Origin: an uncultured Acidobacteriaceae bacterium
GTDB lineage: Bacteria; Acidobacteriota; Terriglobia; Terriglobales; Acidobacteriaceae
Assembly (NCBI GenBank): GCA_964237325.1
Contig: CAXSHS010000003.1
Location: forward strand, 280 to 64,279
Direction: 5' to 3'
Length of the DNA stretch: 64,000 bases
Part shown: piece after piece, positions 18,342-27,571 of the stretch
How positions within the stretch are numbered: position 1 is the first letter of the stretch
How the letters are laid out: each line of letters begins with the position of its first letter
The notes under the pieces: generated by a model
The model's database searches: none
Seen by the model: the letters and a program-made list of their open reading frames with translations, nothing else
Told to the model about the DNA's origin: nothing
Program-made: the position numbers and the translations under genes

Positions 18342-19700
18342 ATGAAGATTTGTCTTGTTGCCGCCTTTCCTCCAAGTGGCGGTCCCCTAAATGAATACTC
18401 ATTCCATATTGCCCGGGAGATCCAGCGGTACCCGGGTGTTGAGCTAACTGTGCTGGCCGACGAGCTGGTAGAAGGTGGCGGCATCTCTGAAGGTGTGCAG
18501 GAAGCGGAACTGCCGGGCTTTCATGTGATTCGCTGCTGGAAGTTCGGCAGCGTTGGAACGCCCTTGCGATTGTTGAAGGCGATCCGGCGCATTGGGCCCG
18601 ATGTGGTGTGGTTCAACCTGGTGTTTTCCAGCTTCGGCACACACGAGAACCCATTGGCTGCTTTTGCCGGTCTTGCCGTTCCCGCGCTTACGCGTTCCGC
18701 CGGCTACTACACACATGTCACCCTGCACCATATTGTTGAGCATGTTGACTTTGCTGCATCCGGTGTACGCCGGGAGAAGTTGTACCGTCTGGGCACCAAT
18801 GTCATTACGCGGACGCTACTCAAGGCGCACTCGGTCTCGGTGCTACTCTCCACGTACCGGCGCACGCTGATCGCTAAGTATGACGCGGAAAACATCGTTC
18901 TTGGAACCCATGGGGTTTTTACACCGCTACCCAGCCCGCCGGACTTCAGCAAGCGCGGCAATCCTGAGACCCGCATTTTAGCGTTTGGTCATTGGGGTAC
19001 TTACAAACGATTGGAAACCCTGATGGAGGCATTTCCCGTCCTTCTGGCGAAGATTCCAAATGCCCGGCTGATTGTGGGCGGCGGGAATCATCCGACGAAG
19101 CCCGGGTATTGGGAGTCCGTTCGCGATGCTCAGGACTTGGCGCTGCCAATTGACTTTTTAGGATTCGTTCCGCAAGCAGATGTAGCGGAACTTTTCCGTA
19201 CCAGTTCCCTTCTGGTGATGCCCTACGATTCCTCCACCGGTTCGAGCGGTCCTGCACATCAGGCCTGCGAATACGGTTTACCGATCGTATGCGCTGACAT
19301 TGCTGACTTTCAGTGCATGGCAACTGATGGGGATATGTCCATTAGCTTCTACAGAGTAGGTGATGCTAACGACCTAGTGGAAAAGTTAACAGCCATCCTG
19401 CAATCACCCAAGCTCGAGCGCGACATGGGCACGCACAACTACTGGGCAGGTATCCAGATGACGATGGCAAGTATTGCGCGCACCTACCTGCGTTGGTTCG
19501 AGCTACAGCAGCTGAAACGTGTTTTTGCTGAGCAGAGAACCTTCATAGGACGACGACGACGCTGGATGCGCCACCGTTGGACGCGCACCGGCAACCCTCT
19601 CCCACCTGCCTGGAAGAATGACCCCGCCCATCCAGACTCGCCGAGACTCGGAAAGCCGCCCTCTGACCTGGAAAGGCCGCCTGAGCTTGAAAACGCTTGA
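18342..19700 (+). CDS. Glycosyltransferase family 4 (GT-B, retaining)
   Basis: MKICLVAAFPP; ILAFGHWGTYKRLE; VMPYDSSTGSSGPAHQACEYGLPIVCADI. Starts 8 bp after the TPR gene with RBS AGGGG. Confidence 0.88.
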   Translation: MKICLVAAFPPSGGPLNEYSFHIAREIQRYPGVELTVLADELVEGGGISEGVQEAELPGFHVIRCWKFGSVGTPLRLLKAIRRIGPDVVWFNLVFSSFGTHENPLAAFAGLAVPALTRSAGYYTHVTLHHIVEHVDFAASGVRREKLYRLGTNVITRTLLKAHSVSVLLSTYRRTLIAKYDAENIVLGTHGVFTPLPSPPDFSKRGNPETRILAFGHWGTYKRLETLMEAFPVLLAKIPNARLIVGGGNHPTKPGYWESVRDAQDLALPIDFLGFVPQADVAELFRTSSLLVMPYDSSTGSSGPAHQACEYGLPIVCADIADFQCMATDGDMSISFYRVGDANDLVEKLTAILQSPKLERDMGTHNYWAGIQMTMASIARTYLRWFELQQLKRVFAEQRTFIGRRRRWMRHRWTRTGNPLPPAWKNDPAHPDSPRLGKPPSDLERPPELENA

Positions 19701-19894
19701 AACGGTGTAGAAAGCCATGCATACCCAAGGAATGAATCATGTGAAGTGTCCTAATTTTAGCCAAATCAACAAACCCATCTTGCGCACGTATATTGCCTTG
19801 GCATCTTATGCCGATAAAAATAATACACGACAGGCTGCAATAGCTGTGTAAAATAAGCGAATTGGTGCGGCTAAGAACGTAAAAAGGACAAACA

Positions 19895-22800
19895 GTGCTG
19901 CCATTTCAGGTTTGGAAGTCATTTTCCCGTATAGTCCCAGCCACACTCTTTCTCATCTGCTTCTCACTTCTTTTTCTTCTTGCAGGTTGCGGAGTCACAG
20001 TAAATGCACGCTCCATCGCCCCGACCGTCAGTCTGAGCGCGACGCCTACATCCATTGCTGCAAGTAGCTCTGCAACATTGACGGTAAGTGCTGCCAATGC
20101 AACGGCGGTGACCGTAGCTGGAAGCGATGGCACCAGCTACACCCTGCCCGCAAGTGGGGGCACGCAGACTGTCAAGCCGTCTGCAACCACGACGTACACC
20201 GCCACTGCAAGCGGACCCGCCGGAACAATGACTGCGGCCACGACTGTGACCGTCGCTGCTACCACATCCCCCGTAAATCCGCAGCCGCCTGTTCCGCCAC
20301 CGACGCAACCTGCACCTCCCACACCGCCGCCGACGCCAGCACCTGCCGTGACCATTCAGGCAAATCCTGCTTCCATTACTGCAGATAGCTCGACCACCTT
20401 GACGATAGCTGCCTCCAACGCCACCACAGTGGTGGTGACCGGAGGTGATGGCGCAACCTACACACTACCGAGCGCTGGAGGCACGCAAACAGTAAGCCCG
20501 GCCGCCAGCACGACCTACACCGCAATAGCGAGCGGGTCCGGTGGAAAAACAGCCGCCGCCGTGACTGTAACAGTTACTTCAAACCCACCACCCGCAGTAA
20601 CAGTCAAGGCAAATCCTGTTTCCATCACCGCGACAGGCTCCTCTATTCTGACCGTATCCGCTGCAAATGCCACACAGGTAACTGTGAGTGGAAGCGACGG
20701 CACCAGCTACACCTTGCCGGCCAGCGGTGGAACAGCAGCTGTCAGCCCGGCAACAACCACCACATATACGGTTGCCGCTGCTGGTTCCGGAGGTAAAACC
20801 TCCACCGCTGTGACCGTTGTTGTAACTCCTAATCCCGCGCCCACGGTCTCCCTCTCGGCATCCCCGACTTCGCTTACTGCGGGTGGAAGTTCAACCCTTT
20901 CTATCACCACCGCCAACGCGACACAAATCACACTTACCGGTAGTGACGGTGCCAGTTACACGTTCCCCTCCGGCAGCGCGCAACAGTCCGTCAGCCCTGC
21001 AGGCACCACGACCTACACAGCAACGGCGAAGGGTCCCGGCGGGCAAGCTTCAGCCATGACCACAGTTACCATCTCTTCAACTCCTATGCCTACCGCCAGC
21101 CTGGTCGTCAGCCCTAGCTCTATCATCGCCGGCAATCCAGCAACTCTAACTGTCTCGGCATTAAATGCGACCCAGCTTACCTTGACAGGAAGTGACGGCA
21201 GCTCGTACACGCTTCCAACCGGCGGGGGGACGCAATCCGTAACTCCTTCCTCAACGACTACCTACACGCTTACAGTGAGCGGACCTGGTGGTCACACAAC
21301 AACCGCAACCACGGTGACGGTAGCAGCATCAGGCAGCTTAAACTCCATCGACCACGTCATCTTCATGCTCCAGGAGAATCACAGCTTCGACAATTACTTT
21401 GGCATGCTGAACCCGTACCGCGTTGCAAATCACCGGAACATAGGGGATGACGGAACTACATATACGGTAGATGGTATTGACGATAAGCTCAGCTCTATAA
21501 GTAACCAGGATGATCAAGGAAACAGCTATGGACCTTTCAAGCTCACCAGCACCTGTGTAGACGATATGACGTCATCATGGCTGGAAAGCTATGGAGATGT
21601 CAGCCGATATGACTTCAGCCCGACTCGCGCCGTTAGCATGGACGGCTTCGTGCATACGGCACAGGGTTTTGCAAACTATTGCGCGACTGCTCCAGGCGGT
21701 AGTTGCGCCGGAACCTTCACTGATACAACAGGCCGACGCGCCATGGGTTACTACGATGAAAATACTCTGAACTATTACTACGACATGGCCTCGCAGTTCG
21801 CGGTGTCCGATCGCTGGTTTACACCGGTTTCCAGTAAAAGCATTCCAAATCGTATCGCCACGTATACAGGCGGCACTACGCAAGGCTTGGTACTAGATCC
21901 GTTCCGTGATGACGGAGTCACGTCCCAGCTCGCTACGCCCTCCATCTTCAAAGAGCTGGATGGTGCCGGAGTATCCTGGAAGATCTATTACACAGTGACG
22001 CTGGGCGGCTGCTTCGATGAGGATGATTGTTCTTCAGTGAATAACGCTAACTACCCTGCAACGACATTTTCATCCTTTCAGGATTCCTATAAATATCTGT
22101 ATATTCCCTCCAAGTCTGCTGACGGCACATCTGCGGCTTGCCTAGCTCCTGCGGTTGGGTCCACTGCGGTTGGAGATCCGTCCAACTCCTTCTGTATCGA
22201 CCCAAACCATATAGCGCCGCTATCCCATTACAAGCAGGATGTTGCCAACAACAAGTTGCCTGCCTATGCCTTTATCGAAGCCGGATATGGCGTGAATGAT
22301 GAACATCCAGGCTCAGGCCAATCCGTGCTGACGGGTCAGGCTCAGGTGGCGAGCATTGTGAATGCTTTAATGAACAGCTCTTCCTGGAAGGATTCTGTAT
22401 TCTTCCTGGCCTACGACGAAGCAGGCGGTCCATACGACCACGTACCGCCCGTACCTCATCATTCGAATGACTGGACGAATTCCTCTATGGGTGCCTTGAC
22501 GGATATCGCTAGCATCGCTGTGAATGCGGATAGCTTCAACCCGTGTGCGCCGCCTGCACCCGGCACACCTACCCCGCACTGTGATGTGCCAGCCGGCGAT
22601 CCCGGTGCGAATCCGTCCGATGCGGCTGCGCAACAAGGCTTTGCCGCACAGCTGGGCTTTCGGGTGCCGAATTTGATCATTTCACCTTTTACCCGCAAAC
22701 ATTATGTGTCGCATACGCCCATGGACCATACTGCGATCCTAAAGTTTGTCGAGAACCGCTTCATCGGTTCTGCGGCACATCTCACAGCTCGAGATGCTGC

Positions 22801-22918
22801 GCAGCCCGACTTGCTCGAATTTTTCGATTTTAGTCAGGCACCCTGGAGCGTTCCTCCTACGACGCAAGTACCATTCAGTAGCACCTCATCATGCCACCCG
22901 GCGAGCTTTGCGCCATAA
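19895..22918 (+). CDS. Lipoprotein: five Ig-like repeats plus a phosphoesterase (PlcH/AcpA family) domain
   Basis: Lipobox LLAGC; five ~80-aa Thr/Ser-rich repeats; catalytic domain with DHVIFMLQENHSFDNYFG, SIPNR, DEHPG, YDEAGGPYDHV and LGFRVP. Confidence 0.85.
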   Translation: MLPFQVWKSFSRIVPATLFLICFSLLFLLAGCGVTVNARSIAPTVSLSATPTSIAASSSATLTVSAANATAVTVAGSDGTSYTLPASGGTQTVKPSATTTYTATASGPAGTMTAATTVTVAATTSPVNPQPPVPPPTQPAPPTPPPTPAPAVTIQANPASITADSSTTLTIAASNATTVVVTGGDGATYTLPSAGGTQTVSPAASTTYTAIASGSGGKTAAAVTVTVTSNPPPAVTVKANPVSITATGSSILTVSAANATQVTVSGSDGTSYTLPASGGTAAVSPATTTTYTVAAAGSGGKTSTAVTVVVTPNPAPTVSLSASPTSLTAGGSSTLSITTANATQITLTGSDGASYTFPSGSAQQSVSPAGTTTYTATAKGPGGQASAMTTVTISSTPMPTASLVVSPSSIIAGNPATLTVSALNATQLTLTGSDGSSYTLPTGGGTQSVTPSSTTTYTLTVSGPGGHTTTATTVTVAASGSLNSIDHVIFMLQENHSFDNYFGMLNPYRVANHRNIGDDGTTYTVDGIDDKLSSISNQDDQGNSYGPFKLTSTCVDDMTSSWLESYGDVSRYDFSPTRAVSMDGFVHTAQGFANYCATAPGGSCAGTFTDTTGRRAMGYYDENTLNYYYDMASQFAVSDRWFTPVSSKSIPNRIATYTGGTTQGLVLDPFRDDGVTSQLATPSIFKELDGAGVSWKIYYTVTLGGCFDEDDCSSVNNANYPATTFSSFQDSYKYLYIPSKSADGTSAACLAPAVGSTAVGDPSNSFCIDPNHIAPLSHYKQDVANNKLPAYAFIEAGYGVNDEHPGSGQSVLTGQAQVASIVNALMNSSSWKDSVFFLAYDEAGGPYDHVPPVPHHSNDWTNSSMGALTDIASIAVNADSFNPCAPPAPGTPTPHCDVPAGDPGANPSDAAAQQGFAAQLGFRVPNLIISPFTRKHYVSHTPMDHTAILKFVENRFIGSAAHLTARDAAQPDLLEFFDFSQAPWSVPPTTQVPFSSTSSCHPASFAP
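20020..21330 (+). repeat. Five tandem ~240-bp coding repeats (Ig-like modules) with a Pro-rich linker after the first; bounds approximate
   Basis: Recurrent GGxAGxGAyGGcaccagctacacc (G[SG]DGxSYTLP) at about 20120, 20443, 20690, 20939 and 21188. Confidence 0.8.
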
Positions 22919-22920
22919 CA

Positions 22921-22946
22921 TAGGGGCAGGAGCCTACCTGCCTCTA
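22921..22946. terminator. Hairpin between convergent genes (possible bidirectional terminator)
   Basis: TAGGGGCAGG-agccta-CCTGCCTCTA, a 10-bp stem with one G-U pair. Confidence 0.4.
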
Positions 22947-23840
22947 GTCGCGCTTGATACTGCTCGCAACATAACCCGATCCGTTGAAGCTGGCTGCGAT
23001 CGAAACACGTACCCCTTGCTGAACATCCCCGCTTCCTAGGAGATTTCCAGGGGTGAAAGAAATGCTGTAGCTGGCTCCATCGGTTCCATCGGCCACCACC
23101 ATATGTCCCGCAGGTAGGTCCAGCGAGAGCAAATCGCCGGTGAATATAAAAGACGATCCGGGTCGCGCAAGGATTGACACTTTAGTAGCTACACCTTGGC
23201 CCCGGTCGCCTGGCTTGAAGTGGACAAGAACCAAGGAGTCTGTTGTGAGATCAGCGGGAGTGGCTATGGTATAGGAGTGTCCATCCTGCTTTATAAGAAG
23301 GATGGCAACATCAGACGGCATACCAAATGTGACTGGCTTTTCAGTAAGGTCGCAGCGAACTTCAAGTAACCCTGAGCCAGTGTCATGTGCGCGGACTTGG
23401 CCCCGGCACTCGCTCTCCGGCACTTGCGAAAGCATGTGAATCTTAAGTGCGAATACGCTGGTGCCATCGAGAGTAGTTTCTACTGAGGCGCGCTCCTCAG
23501 GCCGCAAACTGCGCAGGGGCGCACGCACACCGTCCCGATAGACCTGCGTGCGGGCATCATAAAGAATTTTGATCGGGGAGCCGCCGTACACCTTGAGCGT
23601 GAACTGATCACGGACCGGGTCCAGATTGCCGATTCTGCCGCCAAGTACAGTAGCTTTGCCGGATGGACTGGGAGGGAGCTGAAGGACCGCCGAGGGCTTC
23701 GCGGGCTGTGGTGTTGTGGTTGCATCCGTGTCTTGCGCGTGCGCTGCGCTGCCGGGTACAGCGGCGATGGTGAGGCACAGAGCAACGCAAGATTTCCATA
23801 GAAAGGCCCTGCACAGCAATATCGTTCGAAATCGAATCAC
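22944..23840 (-). CDS. Exported protein with three small beta-barrel (DUF5666-like) repeats
   Basis: Signal peptide; three units starting GRIGNLD, GQVRAHD and GDLLSLD, each ending in an ALKI/ATKV/ASSI strand. Confidence 0.7.
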   Translation of the reverse strand: MIRFRTILLCRAFLWKSCVALCLTIAAVPGSAAHAQDTDATTTPQPAKPSAVLQLPPSPSGKATVLGGRIGNLDPVRDQFTLKVYGGSPIKILYDARTQVYRDGVRAPLRSLRPEERASVETTLDGTSVFALKIHMLSQVPESECRGQVRAHDTGSGLLEVRCDLTEKPVTFGMPSDVAILLIKQDGHSYTIATPADLTTDSLVLVHFKPGDRGQGVATKVSILARPGSSFIFTGDLLSLDLPAGHMVVADGTDGASYSISFTPGNLLGSGDVQQGVRVSIAASFNGSGYVASSIKRD

Positions 23841-23916
23841 AAGGTTACCTAAGGAAGCCGCGAACTCTTGCAGGCGGGTTCTTTTCTAAAAGTTTGCAGA
23901 GAGATGGCTGTATTCT

Positions 23917-25110
23917 ATGGCAGCGGAAAGCACCTCCACAGGAAGTGTAATGTTACGAAGGTTACGATTGTCCCTTACGGTACTTGCATCATTTTGCATA
24001 GCTCCGGTTTGTGGCGCTCAGGCCCTGCGGGCCAAAGAGCTCCGCATCACCATACCTCGGTACAGCAAGCTGACCCCGGTACAGCAGCTCAACCGGGAGG
24101 GCGTTGAAGCCGCTCGCAAACATCAGATTGAGAAAGCCCAGGCTCTATTTTTCAAGGCGTACCTGTTCGATCCATCGGACCCGTTCACGCTCAACAACCT
24201 GGGCTATGCTGCTGAGCTGCAAGGGGATGCCGAGCGCGCCAACAAGTTTTACGCTTTAGCCGAGAAGCAGGACTGCGACGCGGTCATCGAACTTAGCAGC
24301 CTGGATCAGCTTAAAGGCAAACCCATGCTGTACGCCTTACAGGATCTAAAAGATGCATCTCTGCGGCTCAACCGCATGAACGTCCAGGCCATCGAGCTCC
24401 TGACACAGAACCGCAGTTTCGAGGCTGCCCTTCTTCTGGCGCGTGCCCTCGTACTTGACCCGCACAACCCTTTCACGCTGAATAACCTTGGCGTTGCCCA
24501 GGAGCTCACAGGGGATCTGGAAAGCGCGGCAGAGCATTACCGGGCGGCTGCTGAGACGCACTCCACGGATGCAATTATCGTGTCTCCGCAGCGGTCTTGG
24601 CGAGGCAAGCCTGTCAGCGAATTGGCCGCAAGCAGTCTCAAGCGGGTCGAAGATCAACTGCGCGAGCAGGGCCCGGAGAAAGCACGTGCCACCATGCTCG
24701 CGTTTCGTGGAGTGACAGCTGTCAACGGAAACGATTGGCAAGCGGCGAAGCAGGATTTTCTTCAGGCATACGTGCTTGACCCGACCAGCGCATTTTCTTT
24801 GAACAACTTGGGGTATGTTGCCGAAAGAAATGGCGACCTCGAAACAGCAGATTTTTACTACCGCAAGGCTCGCCGAGCTGAAGACGCCAAGGCACCTGTC
24901 GGCTTGGCATCAGGACCAGCATCGCAGGGACAAGCCCTGACCGCGGTAGCCGGTGAAAGTACCGGAAAGGTAGATTTGGAACTTGACCGATTCAGCAAAG
25001 CACAGCGTCTTGGCGACCAAGCGCCTGAGCTGGTGCCTCGCGGCGCAGGTATCGAAGTCCCGGCTACACCACCTCCCGCAGCGGACGTTCCGGTACAGCC
25101 TCAACCATAA
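23917..25110 (+). CDS. Exported TPR protein
   Basis: Signal peptide; three internal repeats DPxxxF[TS]LNNLG...E..GD. Confidence 0.8.
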   Translation: MAAESTSTGSVMLRRLRLSLTVLASFCIAPVCGAQALRAKELRITIPRYSKLTPVQQLNREGVEAARKHQIEKAQALFFKAYLFDPSDPFTLNNLGYAAELQGDAERANKFYALAEKQDCDAVIELSSLDQLKGKPMLYALQDLKDASLRLNRMNVQAIELLTQNRSFEAALLLARALVLDPHNPFTLNNLGVAQELTGDLESAAEHYRAAAETHSTDAIIVSPQRSWRGKPVSELAASSLKRVEDQLREQGPEKARATMLAFRGVTAVNGNDWQAAKQDFLQAYVLDPTSAFSLNNLGYVAERNGDLETADFYYRKARRAEDAKAPVGLASGPASQGQALTAVAGESTGKVDLELDRFSKAQRLGDQAPELVPRGAGIEVPATPPPAADVPVQPQP

Positions 25111-25134
25111 CTTCAAACCCCTCGCAGGTCTCTC

Positions 25135-26241
25135 ATGCCTTCTGAAACACCACACGTTGCCAATGCACGTATGCTCACGCTCTCCCGTTTATTGCTTCCA
25201 CTAGGCAGTGACGCACATTTGGAGGCACTCGCCGAAGATGGTGTCGAGCTAACGCAGATTAGTCGATTGGACTTTGAAGCTCTCGTCACTCTGGCACATT
25301 CTAACCACGTTATTGTGCGTGCGCTTACCATCTTTCTCGCGATGATGCATTCTGTTGGTGACCATATGCGTGCCGAATGGGCACAAACTGCCCTTACCGC
25401 AGAAACAGAAAGAATCCAGCTAGCTTTGCCGGTCCTTCATGCAATTTGTGTGGCGTTTGAGGAAAAAGGTCTGGACATCACCGTGATGAAGTCACTCGAT
25501 CATTGGCCCGATCTCGGCAGCGATCTTGACCTGTTTTCAAATGCCGCACCACAGGCTGTGCTGGATGTAATGCAGCGACGTTTTGGAGCCACACTGGCAC
25601 CGAGAAGCTGGGGCGATCGCCTTGCGCACAAATGGAATTTTGCGCTTCCGGGACTGAACGAGCTGGTTGAATTCCACATAGGTCGCCTGGGCCAGACCGG
25701 CGAGCAGCTCACTCTTGCTTCCCGTCTGCCGAAGCGCGCCCGCATGGTTTCACTCGGCGGCTACGTCTTCCCGGTGCCGCACGCCTCAGACCGCCTGATG
25801 ATTTCCACGCTCCAGCGCATGTACCGGCACTTCTACTTCCGCCTGTGCGACATCGTGGATTCGGCTACGCTTGTCAACTCAGGAGCCATTGACTTCGACG
25901 ACCTGCGCGCATCCGCGATAGCCGCCGGCATCTGGGAGGGCGTAGCTTCGTACCTTGTCATCGTTTCGGATTATCTTCGTAAACATGGCGATCCCGGCCT
26001 TGAGTTGCCGCAAACCGTAAAAGCCTCGGCACGCTTCGGCGGCAACTGCGTCTACTTCGCCAAAAGCTTCCTGCGCGTGCCCATTCTTCCACAATCCGCC
26101 AGCTTATACCGGTCGCAGATAGCGTGTTTGCTGCGCAGGGGCAAGCTCCAAAGCAGTGTCCGGCTCGGCTTGCTGCCTTGGCTTGCTACTATGGCTTTTG
26201 TAGAACAAAAGCGCACCGGGAGCGACAAAGGAATCTGGTAG
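25135..26241 (+). CDS. Nucleotidyltransferase-family protein (NTP_transf_5-like)
   Basis: VMKSLDHWPDLGSDLDLF (GS-DxD, pol-beta type), VEFHIGR and RLCDIVD motifs; cytoplasmic. Confidence 0.75.
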   Translation: MPSETPHVANARMLTLSRLLLPLGSDAHLEALAEDGVELTQISRLDFEALVTLAHSNHVIVRALTIFLAMMHSVGDHMRAEWAQTALTAETERIQLALPVLHAICVAFEEKGLDITVMKSLDHWPDLGSDLDLFSNAAPQAVLDVMQRRFGATLAPRSWGDRLAHKWNFALPGLNELVEFHIGRLGQTGEQLTLASRLPKRARMVSLGGYVFPVPHASDRLMISTLQRMYRHFYFRLCDIVDSATLVNSGAIDFDDLRASAIAAGIWEGVASYLVIVSDYLRKHGDPGLELPQTVKASARFGGNCVYFAKSFLRVPILPQSASLYRSQIACLLRRGKLQSSVRLGLLPWLATMAFVEQKRTGSDKGIW

Positions 26242-26250
26242 CGAACCCAA

Positions 26251-27414
26251 TTACTTTGCAGTTTGCGACGCATTAACCTTAGCGACTGGGGGTATCTGCG
26301 TTGCCTGGCCAGGCAAGTACCCCTTGCGAGTTCTGACAATCAGGCGACTGTACCCATTTGCTTGCGCCTCAGCACGCACTGTTCTGTAGCCGCCTTCGCC
26401 GGAGGGCTTCGAGGAATGGTAGCCGATAATGTACTGATTCCGAATATCCCGGGCAACCATCTCAGCAATACCGTTTACCTCTTCCAGCGACCGCGGAAAA
26501 TAGGCGATGCCGCCTGTTTCCGCTGCCAGTGTCTCTAAGATTTGTTGCTCCTGTTGAGCTTCTTTTTTGCTATCAGCCTCGTACAGCATCCCTATGGCAT
26601 ACACAACCGGGCCGCCGAGCTGTTGGACACGGTGGATTGTTTGCTCCAGCGTTAAGCGTGAGGCATCGTCCTTACCATCCGTGATAATGAGCAACACTTG
26701 TTCGGGCCACTTCGCATGCCGGGCAAGCTCGTTTGCCGAGGCGGCTACTGCGTCATACATGGCTGTCGGTCCTCTTGAATCTGAATGCGCGAGTCCCTTT
26801 TTTAGGGCAGCCAAATCTGAGGTGAAACCCTGGTCGAGGTACGCTCTGTCAGAGAAGTTCACGACAAAGGCTGCATCCTGGGGATTGGAAGCCTTGATCA
26901 GCTCGAGTGCGGCCGCATCCACGGCTGCTCGCTTGTCCAGCATGGAGCCGGAGTTGTCAATGAGCAAACCGATGGAGGCCGGCTGATCCCGGTGCTGGTA
27001 GGAAGTGATGGTTTGCGGCACTCCATCCTCCCAGACACGAAAATCTCCCTGCCTGAGACCATCTACCAAATTCCCTTTACTATCTACAACGGCACAGCGC
27101 AGCAGAACTTCATCGACATTCTGACGCAAGGTAAACACATTGCTGACTGCGTCTTTCGTAAGCTCTTTTCCCTCGCTTGCCGACGCATTATCTTCAGAAT
27201 CAGGTGAAAGCACAGGGTCACGGTCTATATCGAGCCTTGGCTGCGTCTGCCGCACGGTCGGGTCTAAATCGGGCACAATCTGCCCGACTTGTCCGGAGGG
27301 CTTTGCCGATGATCCTTGCGCATGGATTTTCGGCACCAGGCCGCAAAGAAGCGTGACGGTGAGCAGGAAAGCCCAGTGAGACAAACGGGATTTTAAAAGT
27401 CCTGGTGCTTGCAT
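26251..27414 (-). CDS. Acidobacterial VWA-domain protein
   Basis: VDEVLLRCAVVDSKGNLVDGL; MIDAS motif IDNSGS; TAMYDAV; IITDGKD; LAAETGG; NQYIIGY; RTRKGY. Start 27414 was chosen to expose the signal segment; the ORF is open to 27522. Confidence 0.88.
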   Translation of the reverse strand: MQAPGLLKSRLSHWAFLLTVTLLCGLVPKIHAQGSSAKPSGQVGQIVPDLDPTVRQTQPRLDIDRDPVLSPDSEDNASASEGKELTKDAVSNVFTLRQNVDEVLLRCAVVDSKGNLVDGLRQGDFRVWEDGVPQTITSYQHRDQPASIGLLIDNSGSMLDKRAAVDAAALELIKASNPQDAAFVVNFSDRAYLDQGFTSDLAALKKGLAHSDSRGPTAMYDAVAASANELARHAKWPEQVLLIITDGKDDASRLTLEQTIHRVQQLGGPVVYAIGMLYEADSKKEAQQEQQILETLAAETGGIAYFPRSLEEVNGIAEMVARDIRNQYIIGYHSSKPSGEGGYRTVRAEAQANGYSRLIVRTRKGYLPGQATQIPPVAKVNASQTAK

Positions 27415-27571
27415 CCGAGCAATCATTTCTGGCGCGGCCTTGTGCAGATGGAGCAACTTGCCAGGGTCATCCTGAACCGGCACATCAAATCGTACCTTTA
27501 GCAAGGCTTCTTGTGTACGCACGCAGGCGTTCCTATACAGGCTACTTGCTTACCGAAGTACTTTCAATTGA

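Noticed and set aside
14077-19700. Calling the cluster bcs, pel or pga
   Set aside because: No GT2 synthase, BcsB, PelD/PelC-like or deacetylase gene was recognised; only the architecture is analogous.
20020-21330. Periodic repeats as a CRISPR array
   Set aside because: They are degenerate ~240-bp in-frame protein repeats; there is no repeat-spacer structure and no cas genes.
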